A stretch of DNA of 64,000 nucleotides from an uncultured Pseudomonadota bacterium (lineage in GTDB: Bacteria > Pseudomonadota > Alphaproteobacteria > JACZXZ01): NCBI GenBank assembly GCA_963749075.1, contig CAVVLJ010000021.1:576001-640000 (forward strand). Reading direction: 5' to 3'. This document shows positions 1 through 9,364 of the stretch, piece after piece. The first letter of the stretch is position 1; each line of letters opens with the position of its first letter. Both the position numbers and the translations under genes were made by a program. The notes beneath the pieces are model-generated. The model saw only the letters and a program-made list of their open reading frames with translations, did not search any database and was not told where the DNA came from.

Positions 1-11
1 AGCCGCCTGAA

Positions 12-564
12 ATGGGTGAGGCGTCAGGAGCGTAAGCGAGAACCCACGCAAGTGTCCGGGCGGGACACCCCTGACGCCTCTGGAGCCGAAGCCCCATGGC
101 GCAGGAGAGCGGCCAGGCTTCCGGCTGTCCCGCTCCGCAGACGCGACCCCGTGAGGGGACGCCCCCTTTGGAGCGGGGAGCCGTATCCCCCTCGCGGAGG
201 ATCGCCGGCAAAGAGGCTCACCCGTCGGCCGCGTCCGCTCCTCCCGTCGCGTCCCTCCTCCCTTGCGGGAGAATTTTCGCGCCTGGGACCGCGATTCCCC
301 GTAAGGTCTCGCGGCCCCCCGTGACGGCCCCGGCAGCCCGAAGGCTTACCGACGCCGATCTGGGAAAAGAGCGGCCAACCGGGAGTTCGACCTCCCGCCC
401 GGCGGCGCGGTGTCCCGAAGAACTCCCCGCCACCGAGGCCGGGCGGTGCCGCCCCGAAGGGCCGCATCGCCCCGAAGCCCTCGTCCTCTAGCCCGCCGGC
501 CGAAACCCCAAGGGGCAACGGTCAGTTCCGCTTGGGACGATCCGCTTCGACACTCTCTCGTGCC
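12..564 (-). ncRNA. Candidate large structured ncRNA, copy A (family not recognised)
   Basis: No credible ORF. The minus strand is rich in cUUCGg/GNRA-capped hairpins. The 3' domain (18-80) is shared with 4090-4153, with compensatory changes. A sigma70-like promoter lies upstream. Boundaries are inferred. Confidence 0.6.
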
Positions 565-570
565 GCATAA

Positions 571-598
571 ATCGTACTTCACCAAGATGGAAGATCAA
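571..598 (-). promoter_or_regulatory. Putative sigma70 promoter of ncRNA copy A
   Basis: Minus strand TTGATC-16 nt-TACGAT. Confidence 0.55.
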
Positions 599-627
599 TA
601 AGAAAAGCGCGGCGACTTGAAAATATC

Positions 628-688
628 TGTGCGCAGATTTGTCAATTCCGCACAATGGCTCCACAAGTTCTCCACAGTCTTATCCACA
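628..688. promoter_or_regulatory. Cluster of DnaA-box-like 9-mers
   Basis: Perfect TTATCCACA at 680-688; TTCTCCACA 668-676, GGCTCCACA 657-665, TTCCGCACA 646-654; inverted TGTG site at 628. Confidence 0.6.
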
Positions 689-774
689 AACAGTATTCGC
701 TTGCGGCGGACGCGGCATTGCCATGGCCGGTTCGAGCCATTGCACGAGCTGCCGCGGAGCGCCGCCTGGCGGCC

Positions 775-2238
775 TCATGGCTCGGGCAATCCGGCCTTGC
801 GCAGCCCCTCGATCATATGCTCCCGGGCGGCCGCATCGGAGTATTGCTCGAGACGCCATCGCGTCGCCCTGACGCTGCCGTTCGGCAGCATGAGCATCTC
901 GGCGAGCGCGCCTTTCGCCTCCTCGCCGCGGCCGAGTTGCGCATAGCTCGCCGCCAAGAGATGCGAGCTATGGCCATCGGGGCGGATGCGGTGCGCTTCC
1001 AGCGCGACCTCGAGCGCGCCCTCGTAGCGCCCGAGGCTATAGAGGGCCGCTGCCTTGTGGCAGAGCATGAAGAAGGCCTGCGGGTCCCGCGGGCTGAGGC
1101 GCTGCCAAACCTCGACCGCGTCGATCGCTGCCGCGTGCTGGCCGGCATGGGTCAGCGCGGCACCGAGGGCGACGTAGCCCAGAGCGAAATTCGCGTTCAA
1201 CTCGATCGCCCGGCGCGCCGAAGCGATCGCGCTGACGGCGTCGCCGGCCTCGTCGCGAATGCGCGACAGCATGTAATGGGCAGCTGCGTTCTCGTCATCG
1301 AGCGCAATCGCCCGCTCTGCGGCCGCTTCCGCTTCCTCCCTGATCGAGGCGAAGTCCCGCGAGCCGTAGAGGCATTGCATGTTGAGCGCGCGGACCACCC
1401 CGATATGAGCTTCGGCGAGATTGGCATCGAGTGCGATCGCCGTCTGGAACAGCCGGTAGGCGGCGAGCGCCTCCGCCTCGGCCGCCTTTCCCTTGTAGGT
1501 GAAGCTCGAATTGCGCGCGATGACGAAAAACGAGCGCCACTTGGAGAGCGCCGTGATGATGTCCTCGGTGATGCCGTCGACGAAGTATTCCTGCTCCGGG
1601 TCGCCGCTCATGTTGTTGAACGGCAGCACGGCGATCGAGGGCCGGTCGGGCAGCGGCGGCGATGGCGCAAGCTGCGGCGGCGCCGCGGGAGCCCTCCGCC
1701 CGCCGAGCAGGATGCGGTGGGCGTGAACCGGCCTTGCGATGTTCTTGACCTGTTGCTGGCCCATGTCCTCGAAGACGAAGCCGAGTTTGTCGCGCACCTG
1801 GTCGCGCACGACGCGGCTCACGCAGATGCCGCCGGGCTCCGCCAGGGCTTCGAGCCGCGCCGCGACATTGACGCCGTCGCCGAAGATGTCGCCCTTGTCG
1901 ATGATGACGTCGCCGAGGTTGATGCCGATGCGGAACTCGATGCGCCGCCCGGCCGGCACCGGGGCATTGCGCTCGGCCATTGCCGTCTGCACCTCGACGG
2001 CGCAGCGCACCGCATCGACGACGCTGGCAAACTCGACGAGCAGCCCGTCGCCGGTGGTCTTGACGATGCGGCCGCGGTTCTCCGCGATCCTGGGGTCGGC
2101 CAATTCGTGGCGCACCGCCTGCAACGCCGCAAGCGTGCCCTCCTCGTCCTCGCCCATCAGCCGCGAATAGCCAGCGACATCGGCGGCGAGGACCGCTGCC
2201 AGCCGCCGCTCGACGCGCTCCCGCTCCCCGCTGCTCAT
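775..2238 (-). CDS. Class III adenylate/guanylate cyclase with TolB-like and TPR regions (apparent internal deletion)
   Basis: RRLAAVLAADVAGYSRLM, KTTGDGLL, FRIGINLGD, GDGVNVAARLE, PSIAVLPF-NMSGD, followed by TPR-like helices. Confidence 0.9.
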   Translation of the reverse strand: MSSGERERVERRLAAVLAADVAGYSRLMGEDEEGTLAALQAVRHELADPRIAENRGRIVKTTGDGLLVEFASVVDAVRCAVEVQTAMAERNAPVPAGRRIEFRIGINLGDVIIDKGDIFGDGVNVAARLEALAEPGGICVSRVVRDQVRDKLGFVFEDMGQQQVKNIARPVHAHRILLGGRRAPAAPPQLAPSPPLPDRPSIAVLPFNNMSGDPEQEYFVDGITEDIITALSKWRSFFVIARNSSFTYKGKAAEAEALAAYRLFQTAIALDANLAEAHIGVVRALNMQCLYGSRDFASIREEAEAAAERAIALDDENAAAHYMLSRIRDEAGDAVSAIASARRAIELNANFALGYVALGAALTHAGQHAAAIDAVEVWQRLSPRDPQAFFMLCHKAAALYSLGRYEGALEVALEAHRIRPDGHSSHLLAASYAQLGRGEEAKGALAEMLMLPNGSVRATRWRLEQYSDAAAREHMIEGLRKAGLPEP

Positions 2239-2414
2239 CGCCCTGCATCCAAAAGCTCGGCGAAGCCTGTCCGGACACTCGCAAGTGGAGCCCGACCGCC
2301 CGGCGCCAGCATAGCCGGGGGCGCTCGCGTTATGGAAGCGATCCGATCGAGGCCGCGCGGGCGATCGGCTCATCCGACCTGCGGCGAGGCCGCCATGCGC
2401 TTGGTGCCGCGCGC

Positions 2415-2999
2415 TCAGCCGCGCCGGCGCAGCACCGCCACGAGATAGCGGCACCGTCCGCGTCCCGGGTTGACGAAGCGGCAGTCCGCGGGCGGGCCGA
2501 GGCGCAGGCAGTCGCCCGGGCCGAGATCATAGGCGGTCTCTCCCTGGACGAAGCGCAGGCGCCCCGCGAGCGCCACGATCTGCTGGTCCTCGATGAAGGC
2601 GAAGGCGGTGCTGGGGTAGGCGATCTCGGCACCCGCCGGCAACTCGCCCCAGACGAGCTCGAGCGGCGCCTCGGAGCTGCCGGGCGGCGTCAACGCGCGG
2701 CGGCGGAAGCCGGTCGCGGGGTCGCGCCAGACCTCTTGCCGGGCGGCGCGCAGAAGCCGCCCGCCCGCACCCTCGGCGCGGGCGAGGAGCTGCGAGAGGC
2801 TGAGCCCGAAGGCGCCCGAGAGACGGCCCAAGAGGGCCGCCGTCGGGCTGCTCGCGCCGCGCTCGACCTTGCTGATCATGGCGCGCGAGACGCCCGAGCG
2901 CCGCGCCAGCTCGTCCAGGCTCCAGCCCCGCGACGCGCGCTCGCTCTTCAGCCGGGCGGCCAGCCGGGCGTCGATCGAGTCCTCTATCATAGGAGACAT
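2415..2999 (-). CDS. XRE-family HTH plus cupin transcriptional regulator
   Basis: SLDELARRSGVSRAMISKVERG-SSPT HTH and C-terminal LGPGDCL cupin motif; divergent from the GNAT gene. Confidence 0.9.
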   Translation of the reverse strand: MSPMIEDSIDARLAARLKSERASRGWSLDELARRSGVSRAMISKVERGASSPTAALLGRLSGAFGLSLSQLLARAEGAGGRLLRAARQEVWRDPATGFRRRALTPPGSSEAPLELVWGELPAGAEIAYPSTAFAFIEDQQIVALAGRLRFVQGETAYDLGPGDCLRLGPPADCRFVNPGRGRCRYLVAVLRRRG

Positions 3000-3061
3000 T
3001 GTTATATTATAGTAGAAAATGCCAGGGACGGCCAAGGCCTTTCTCGGAGAGGTGCCGGGCG

Positions 3062-3568
3062 ATGACGGACGACATCCGCGATGCCACGCGCGACGACCTG
3101 CCGCGCATCCTCGCCATCACCAACGAGGCGATCGCCAACACGACGGCGCTTTGGACGCTCACGCCGACGGCGCTCGCGGCGCGCGCCGAGTGGTACGAGG
3201 AGCGCCGCCGCCTGGGCTTTCCCGTCCTCGTGGCGAGCATCGGGGGCGAGGTGCTCGGCTTCGCCTCGTTCGGCAGCTTCCGGCCGTGGGAGGCCTATGA
3301 GCGGACGGTCGAGCATTCGCTCTACATCGATGCCGCGGCGCGCGGGCGCGGGCTCGGCTCCGCACTCCTCGCAGCCCTCGTGCGGCGCGCCGAGGCGGGC
3401 GGCATGCACGCCATGGTCGGCGGCATCGAGGCGGGCAACGCCGCCTCGCTCCGCCTTCATGCCCGGCTCGGCTTCCGCGAGGCCGGCCGTCTCCGCGAGG
3501 TCGGGCGCAAGTTCGGCCGCTGGCTCGATCTCGTGTTCATGGAGCTCCTGCTCGGCGGCGGGCGCTGA
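3062..3568 (+). CDS. GNAT N-acetyltransferase (phosphinothricin/methionine sulfoximine, YncA/MddA-like)
   Basis: TVEHSLY, ARGRGLG, N-AS-RLHARLGF, VGRKFGRWLD motifs. Confidence 0.9.
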   Translation: MTDDIRDATRDDLPRILAITNEAIANTTALWTLTPTALAARAEWYEERRRLGFPVLVASIGGEVLGFASFGSFRPWEAYERTVEHSLYIDAAARGRGLGSALLAALVRRAEAGGMHAMVGGIEAGNAASLRLHARLGFREAGRLREVGRKFGRWLDLVFMELLLGGGR

Positions 3569-3596
3569 AGGGCGCCGCCTCGGGGAGAGCGCAAGC

Positions 3597-4040
3597 GTGC
3601 TCGGCACCCTGGCAACGCTTCTCCTCCTCGCCGCCGCCGGCTGCGGGCTCGTCGCGCAGAACCTGCTGATGAGCCGCATCGCCGGCGGCGGGGCGATCTT
3701 GCCTGCGCTCTTGGCGAACTCCGCCGTGGGCTTGGCCCTCATCGTGGCGGCGGGATCGGGGTGGTACGGCAGCGCCTTCATAGCCGACACGGCGGCGCGC
3801 TTTCGCAGCTGGTGGATTCTTCCGGGCGTGCTCGGAACCCTCTTCGTCTTCGCCAGCGTCGCCGGCTACCGCCAGCTCGGCGCCGCGGCCACCTCGGCTG
3901 TGCTCATCGCCGTGCAACTCGCGGCGGCGCTGATGGCCGATGCGCTCGGCCTTGGCCCTGCCTTGCGGCCGGTCGGCCTCACGCAATGGCTCGGCGCCGC
4001 GCTTCTCGTGCTCGGCGCGACGCTTGTGCTGCGCAAATGA
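3597..4040 (+). CDS. DMT family (YdcZ-like) membrane protein
   Basis: Hydrophobic helices with WWILPGVLG and LMADALG; next to a yncA-like gene as in enterobacteria. Confidence 0.8.
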   Translation: MLGTLATLLLLAAAGCGLVAQNLLMSRIAGGGAILPALLANSAVGLALIVAAGSGWYGSAFIADTAARFRSWWILPGVLGTLFVFASVAGYRQLGAAATSAVLIAVQLAAALMADALGLGPALRPVGLTQWLGAALLVLGATLVLRK

Positions 4041-4082
4041 AGGCGGCGTCAGGAGTGTCCCGAGGCCCCGAATACTTAGCAG

Positions 4083-4645
4083 AAATGAAGGCGGCGTCGG
4101 GAGCGTAAGTTGGACTTACGCGCGTGTCCGGGCGGGACACTCCCGACGCCGCCGGGGCCTGGGCGGACCCCCGATGCCGGAGCGGCATGCGACCGCACCG
4201 CCACCGGCGCGCGCGTGCCTCAGGGAGAAACGCGCGCCACGCCGGTGCTTGAGGGCCAAGTCCGCCCTGGGCGGGACGGAGCCCTGGCCCGCGGCACGTC
4301 GCGGTTCGCGAAACCATGCCGGGGAACGGCCGCCGCTCGCGCGCCGACCCTTCCCAAGCTCAGGGAAGCCGGCTCTCCCGGGCGAGGAGAGGGCCCCCCT
4401 TGGCCGGCCTTGCGGGGCGCCTTGCGGCGTCCCTCCGTCCGGCCCCTGGCCCGCGTCCCGACGATCCGGCCTCCCCTGTCGCGACGGGCCGATCTGCGCG
4501 GACCGGCCTGCGACCGAGGACACCCCGCCCTCTTGCGAAGGCGGCGCCGCGCGTGCTTTGGGATCGCGGCCCGCGCCGGCCGGCGCCCGAAGGCGGCACG
4601 TCCGATGCGACCCGCATGTCCCATTGCGATGCACTCCAGCACCGA
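4083..4645 (-). ncRNA. Candidate large structured ncRNA, copy B (paralog of copy A)
   Basis: Hairpin-dense intergenic region with the same 3' three-way junction, invariant GUGUCCCGCCCGGACAC and CAUUUC tail. Boundaries are inferred. Confidence 0.6.
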
Positions 4646-4651
4646 GAAAGA

Positions 4652-4680
4652 ATAGTGACGGCCGTTCCTGCGAGCAGCAA
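4652..4680 (-). promoter_or_regulatory. Putative sigma70 promoter of ncRNA copy B
   Basis: Minus strand TTGCTG-17 nt-CACTAT; same 30-bp offset from the box cluster as in copy A. Confidence 0.45.
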
Positions 4681-4709
4681 TGGAAAAATCAAGTAATTGT
4701 CAAATTTCT

Positions 4710-4770
4710 TGTGAATAAACAATGGCCTTCCTCACAATCTCCCAACAGATTGTCCACAGAGTTGTACACA
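4710..4770. promoter_or_regulatory. Cluster of DnaA-box-like 9-mers
   Basis: Inverted TGTGAATAA (=TTATTCACA) at 4710-4718; TTCCTCACA, CTCCCAACA, TTGTCCACA and TTGTACACA ending at 4736, 4747, 4758 and 4770. Confidence 0.6.
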
Positions 4771-5004
4771 GATTCTCTGCACGCCGCGCTCCCTTCAGGT
4801 GCGCAACCGCCGAAGCCCTGCGGTTCCCCGGGAAAAATCCCCCCATCGCCGCCGCGGCCGCGCGTTTTTGCTGCGTTGCCGCAGATTGACTTAGGCGCCC
4901 GCGAGGCATAGAAAACCTACCGATACCCTGCCGGAACCCGGGCAGCTCACCGCCCGCGGCCGCTCCAGCGCTCGGCACGCCGAACCCGCCGAAGAAGGCG
5001 CCTC

Positions 5005-5403
5005 ATGACTCCCCGCAACAGGCCGCTCTCGCCCCATCTCACGATCTATCGCCCGCAGCTCACCTCGGTGCTCTCGATCATGCACCGGATGACCGGAGTG
5101 GCGCTCTCCTTCGGCACGTTCCTCCTCGTGTGGTGGATCGTGGGTCTGGCGCGCGGCCCCGCTTCCTTCGCGACCGTCCAGCATTTCCTCGCCTCGATCA
5201 TCGGCAGGCTCATGCTCTTCGGCTGGAGTTGGGCGCTCTTCTACCATCTCACGAACGGCCTCCGCCATCTCGCCTGGGACGCCGGCTGGGGTTTCGAGCT
5301 CAAGGACGTCTATCGCAGCGGCTGGTTCGTATTCGCGACCTCGGTGGCGCTCACGCTCATCGCCTGGATCGCCGGCTACGCCGTGATGGGGGCGCAGCCA
5401 TGA
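5005..5403 (+). CDS. sdhC: Succinate dehydrogenase cytochrome b556 subunit
   Basis: RPLSPHL-IY, SI-HR-TG, H---GLRHL-WD. Confidence 0.97.
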   Translation: MTPRNRPLSPHLTIYRPQLTSVLSIMHRMTGVALSFGTFLLVWWIVGLARGPASFATVQHFLASIIGRLMLFGWSWALFYHLTNGLRHLAWDAGWGFELKDVYRSGWFVFATSVALTLIAWIAGYAVMGAQP

Positions 5404-5789
5404 GCGGCATCCGCACGCCGCTCGGCCGCGCGCGCGGCCTCGGCTCGGCGAAAGAGGGCCCGCAGAATTGGTGGATGGAGCGCTTAACCGCGCTTGCCCT
5501 CGTGCCGCTCGGGCTGTGGTTCGCCTATTCGATGGTGTCGCTCGCGGGCGCCGACCACGGCACGGTCGCCATGTGGCTTGCGCGCCCGCGCAACGCCGTG
5601 CTCATGATCGTCCTCGTCATCGCCACCTTCCGTCACGCCCAGCTCGGCCTCAGCGTGGTGATCGAGGACTATGTTCAAGGCAGGGCGTTGCAGCTGGCAA
5701 CGCTCATCGCCGTCAGGTACCTCGCCGTGCTGCTCGCGGCGGGCAGCGTCTTCGGCATCGTCAGGGTCGCGTTCGGAGTGGTCGGCTGA
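5400..5789 (+). CDS. sdhD: Succinate dehydrogenase membrane anchor
   Basis: [32 protein letters not shown]. Confidence 0.96.
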   Translation: MSGIRTPLGRARGLGSAKEGPQNWWMERLTALALVPLGLWFAYSMVSLAGADHGTVAMWLARPRNAVLMIVLVIATFRHAQLGLSVVIEDYVQGRALQLATLIAVRYLAVLLAAGSVFGIVRVAFGVVG

Positions 5790-7579
5790 TGGCACAGGCC
5801 TACGAGATCATCGACCATAGCTACGACGTGGTGGTGGTGGGTGCGGGCGGCGCGGGCTTGCGGGCCGCACTCGGCATCGCCGAGAAGGGGCTCAAGTGCG
5901 CCTGCGTGACCAAGGTCTTCCCCACGCGCAGCCATACGGTGGCGGCGCAGGGCGGCATCAGCGCCGCCCTCGGCAACATGGGGGAGGACGACTGGCGCTG
6001 GCACATGTACGACACGGTCAAGGGCTCCGACTGGCTCGGCGACCAGGACGCCATCGAATACATGTGCCGCGAGGCGGTCCCGGCGGTAATCGAGCTCGAG
6101 CATTACGGCGTGCCCTTCTCGCGCACGCCCGAGGGCAAGATCTACCAGCGCCCCTTCGGCGGCATGACGACGGACTTCGGCGAGGGCACGGCGCAGCGCA
6201 CCTGCGCCGCCGCCGACCGCACCGGCCATGCCATCCTCCACACCCTCTACGGCCAGGCGCTCAAGCGCCATGCCGAGTTCTTCATCGAGTATTTCGCCCT
6301 CGACCTCATCATGGACGAGGACGGCGGTTGCCGCGGCGTGATGGCCTGGAACCTCGACGACGGCACCATCCACCGCTTCAGCGCGGCGCTCACCATCGTG
6401 GCGACCGGCGGCTACGGCCGCGCCTATTTCTCCTGCACCTCGGCGCATACCTGCACGGGCGACGGCAATGCCATGGTGCTGCGCGCCGGCCTGCCGCTTG
6501 AGGACATGGAGTTCGTGCAGTTCCATCCGACCGGCATCTACAGCGCCGGCTGCCTCATCACCGAGGGTGCGCGCGGCGAGGGCGGCTACCTCACCAACTC
6601 CGAGGGCGAGCGCTTCATGGAGCGCTACGCGCCCCACGCCAAGGACCTCGCCTCGCGCGACGTGGTGAGCCGCGCCTCGACCATCGAGATGCGCGAAGGG
6701 CGCGGCTGCGGGCCCAAGAAGGACTACGTGCTCCTCCACCTCGAGCACCTCGATCCCAAGGTGCTGCACGAGCGTCTCCCCGGCATCTCGGAGACGGCGA
6801 TGATCTTCGCCGGCGTCGACGTGACCAAGGAGCCCATCCCGGTGCTGCCCACTTGCCACTACAACATGGGCGGCATTCCGACCAACTACCACGGCGAGGC
6901 GCTGACGCGCTTGAATGGCGACGCCAATCACGTGGTGCCCGGGTTGATGGCGATCGGCGAGGCTGCCTGCGTCTCGGTGCACGGCGCCAACCGGCTCGGC
7001 TCGAACTCGCTGCTCGATCTCGTGGTGTTCGGCCGGGCTGCCGGCCTGCGTGCCGCCGAGCTGGTCAAGCCGGGCGAGCGGTTGAAGCCGCTTGCCAAGG
7101 GTGCCGGCGAGGCAGCGCTCGCGCGTCTCGACCGCCTGCGCCATGCCGACGGCGGCACACCGACGGCGCGCCTGCGCCTCGAGATGCAGCGCGCCATGCA
7201 GAGCGACTGCGCCGTCTTCCGCACGGGCGAGGTGCTGGCGGTCGGGCTCGCCAAGCTGCAGCAGTGCTGGGTGAAGCGCGCCGATCTCAAGGTGAGCGAC
7301 CGCTCGCTCATCTGGAACAGCGACCTCATGGAGACCCTCGAGCTCGACAATCTCCTGGCCCAGGCGCTCTGCACCATGGGCTCGGCCGGCCAGCGCACCG
7401 AGAGCCGCGGCGGGCACGCGCGCGAGGACCACAAGGAGCGCGACGACGTGAATTGGCTGAAGCATACGCTCGTGTGGTGCGATGACGGCGGCAAGCTCAG
7501 CTTCTCCGACCGCCCGGTGCACCTGCAGCCGCTCACCAACGAGGTGCAGTCCTTCCCGCCCAAGGCGCGGTCGTACTGA
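5789..7579 (+). CDS. sdhA: Succinate dehydrogenase flavoprotein
   Basis: [16 protein letters not shown] covalent FAD motif, [11 protein letters not shown]. Confidence 0.98.
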   Translation: MAQAYEIIDHSYDVVVVGAGGAGLRAALGIAEKGLKCACVTKVFPTRSHTVAAQGGISAALGNMGEDDWRWHMYDTVKGSDWLGDQDAIEYMCREAVPAVIELEHYGVPFSRTPEGKIYQRPFGGMTTDFGEGTAQRTCAAADRTGHAILHTLYGQALKRHAEFFIEYFALDLIMDEDGGCRGVMAWNLDDGTIHRFSAALTIVATGGYGRAYFSCTSAHTCTGDGNAMVLRAGLPLEDMEFVQFHPTGIYSAGCLITEGARGEGGYLTNSEGERFMERYAPHAKDLASRDVVSRASTIEMREGRGCGPKKDYVLLHLEHLDPKVLHERLPGISETAMIFAGVDVTKEPIPVLPTCHYNMGGIPTNYHGEALTRLNGDANHVVPGLMAIGEAACVSVHGANRLGSNSLLDLVVFGRAAGLRAAELVKPGERLKPLAKGAGEAALARLDRLRHADGGTPTARLRLEMQRAMQSDCAVFRTGEVLAVGLAKLQQCWVKRADLKVSDRSLIWNSDLMETLELDNLLAQALCTMGSAGQRTESRGGHAREDHKERDDVNWLKHTLVWCDDGGKLSFSDRPVHLQPLTNEVQSFPPKARSY

Positions 7580-7615
7580 GCGGCTGGCTCTCTCCCTCGC
7601 GCAAAGGATTCCGCG

Positions 7616-8392
7616 ATGCTTGTATTCAACCTTCCCGCCAATTCCAAGGTGCGCCCCGGCAAGACGCACCCGCCGCCGCCCGCGGCGAAGCGGCCCAAGG
7701 TCTTCAAGATCTACCGCTGGGACCCCGAGGACGGCGAGCGGCCGCGGCTCGACCGCTACACCGTCGATCTCGCGGACTGCGCGCCCATGGTGTTGGACGC
7801 CCTCATCAAGATCAAGAACGAGGTCGATGCCACGCTCACCTTCCGCCGCTCCTGCCGCGAGGGGGTGTGCGGCAGCTGCGCCATGAACATCGACGGCACC
7901 AACACGCTCGCCTGCACCAAGCCGATCGAGGAGGCGAAGGGCGAGGTCGCGGTCTACCCGCTTCCCCACATGCCGGTCGTCAAGGACCTCGTGCCCGACC
8001 TCACCCAGTTCTACGCCCAGCACGCCGCGATCGAGCCGTGGCTCAAGAGCGAAACACCGCCGCCCGACCGCGAGCGGCCGCAGGCGCCGGAGGACCGCGC
8101 CAAGCTCGACGGGCTCTACGAGTGCATCCTCTGCGCCTGCTGCTCGACCTCCTGCCCGAGCTATTGGTGGAACGGCAAGCGCTATCTCGGCCCCGCCACC
8201 TTGCTGCAGGCCTATCGCTGGATCAGCGACAGCCGCGACGAGGCGGCGGGCGAGCGCCTCGATGCGCTCGAGGACCCCTTCCGCCTCTACCGCTGCCACA
8301 CCATCATGAACTGCACCAAGACCTGCCCCAAGCATTTCAATCCGGCCAAGGCGATCGGCGAGCTCAAGAAGCTCATCTTCGAGCGCCGCTGA
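7616..8392 (+). CDS. sdhB: Succinate dehydrogenase iron-sulfur subunit
   Basis: [34 protein letters not shown]. Confidence 0.98.
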   Translation: MLVFNLPANSKVRPGKTHPPPPAAKRPKVFKIYRWDPEDGERPRLDRYTVDLADCAPMVLDALIKIKNEVDATLTFRRSCREGVCGSCAMNIDGTNTLACTKPIEEAKGEVAVYPLPHMPVVKDLVPDLTQFYAQHAAIEPWLKSETPPPDRERPQAPEDRAKLDGLYECILCACCSTSCPSYWWNGKRYLGPATLLQAYRWISDSRDEAAGERLDALEDPFRLYRCHTIMNCTKTCPKHFNPAKAIGELKKLIFERR

Positions 8393-8410
8393 GGCGGCAG
8401 GGACCGGGCC

Positions 8411-9034
8411 GTGTACATCCCCAAGGGCTTCGAGGTCGAGGACCTCGCCACCCTTCATGGCTTCATGGAGCGCAACAGCTTCGCCACCCTGGTTGGTGTC
8501 CAGGGCGGAGCACCCTTCGCCACCCATCTCCCCTTGCTCGTCGAGCGCGAGAAGGGCGAGCGGGGAACCATCGTCGGCCACGTCGCGCGCGCCAACCCGC
8601 ACGGCAAACTGTTCGACGGCTCGAGCCCGGCGCTCGCCATCTTCACGGGTCCCCACGCCTACGTCTCGCCGAGCTGGTACGCCACCGCCGACAAGGTGCC
8701 GACCTGGCTCTACACCGCCGTGCACGCCTATGGCAGGCCGCGCGCGACGGAGGATCCTCGCGCGGTGCGCGCCCTCCTCGAGCGCATGGTCGAGCTCTAC
8801 GAGGGGGGCTTCGCCGAGCCCTGGCGGCTCGCGGGCCAGCGCGAGGTCTATCTCGAGGGCATGCAGCGCGGCATCGCCGCCTTCGAGATGCCGATCGAGC
8901 GCATCGAGGGCAAGTTCAAGCTCAACCAGATCAAGAACGAGGCCGACCGCCGCGGCACGATGGCCGGGCTCACGGCAACCGGCGACGCCATGGCGCGCGA
9001 GGTGGCCGAGCTCATGCAGGCGCTGGAGCCCTGA
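8411..9034 (+). CDS. FMN-binding negative transcriptional regulator (PaiB family)
   Basis: MYIP, ATHLP, GHVARANP, GPHAYVSPSWY, VPTW. Confidence 0.9.
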   Translation: MYIPKGFEVEDLATLHGFMERNSFATLVGVQGGAPFATHLPLLVEREKGERGTIVGHVARANPHGKLFDGSSPALAIFTGPHAYVSPSWYATADKVPTWLYTAVHAYGRPRATEDPRAVRALLERMVELYEGGFAEPWRLAGQREVYLEGMQRGIAAFEMPIERIEGKFKLNQIKNEADRRGTMAGLTATGDAMAREVAELMQALEP

Positions 9035-9052
9035 GGCGGGGCCGCGGCTTCC

Positions 9053-9260
9053 CTATCCGAGCTTGATCGTGCCCTCGACCGTGTGCGTGAGGCCGAGACT
9101 TCTCGACGGTGAGCACGACCCTGGCGGCCAGCGCCTCGCTGCCGGCGAGCTTGCCCGCGGCGAGCGCCTGGCGCACCGCCTCCTCGATCTCGCGCTGGGA
9201 GGTGACGCCGACCGTCTTGAGGAACTTGCGCAGGTCCATGTTGAAGATGTTCTCGTCCAT
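9053..9260 (-). CDS. Small conserved hypothetical protein (DUF6494-like), frameshifted near 9100
   Basis: MDENIFNMDLRKFLKTVGVTSQREIE continues as LGLTHTVEGTIKLG in another frame. Confidence 0.7.
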
Positions 9261-9364
9261 GACGCCCTCGCTTCTCCGGCGGCCGGCGCAGCGAATGGGT
9301 CTCCCGGTCCGCACCGCCCCATGCTAGCGTCGCGGCCTGACCATGGGAACGGGGAGGGCGCCCC

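Noticed and set aside
16-601. ORFs of 60-170 aa over the candidate RNA loci (also 3940-4911)
   Set aside because: Arg/Pro/Gly-rich with no motifs and no host-like codon pattern; expected by chance at this GC content.
5675-8725. Very long antisense ORFs (also 34257-36446, 52985-55576, 56006-58771)
   Set aside because: Shadow frames of GC3-biased core genes.
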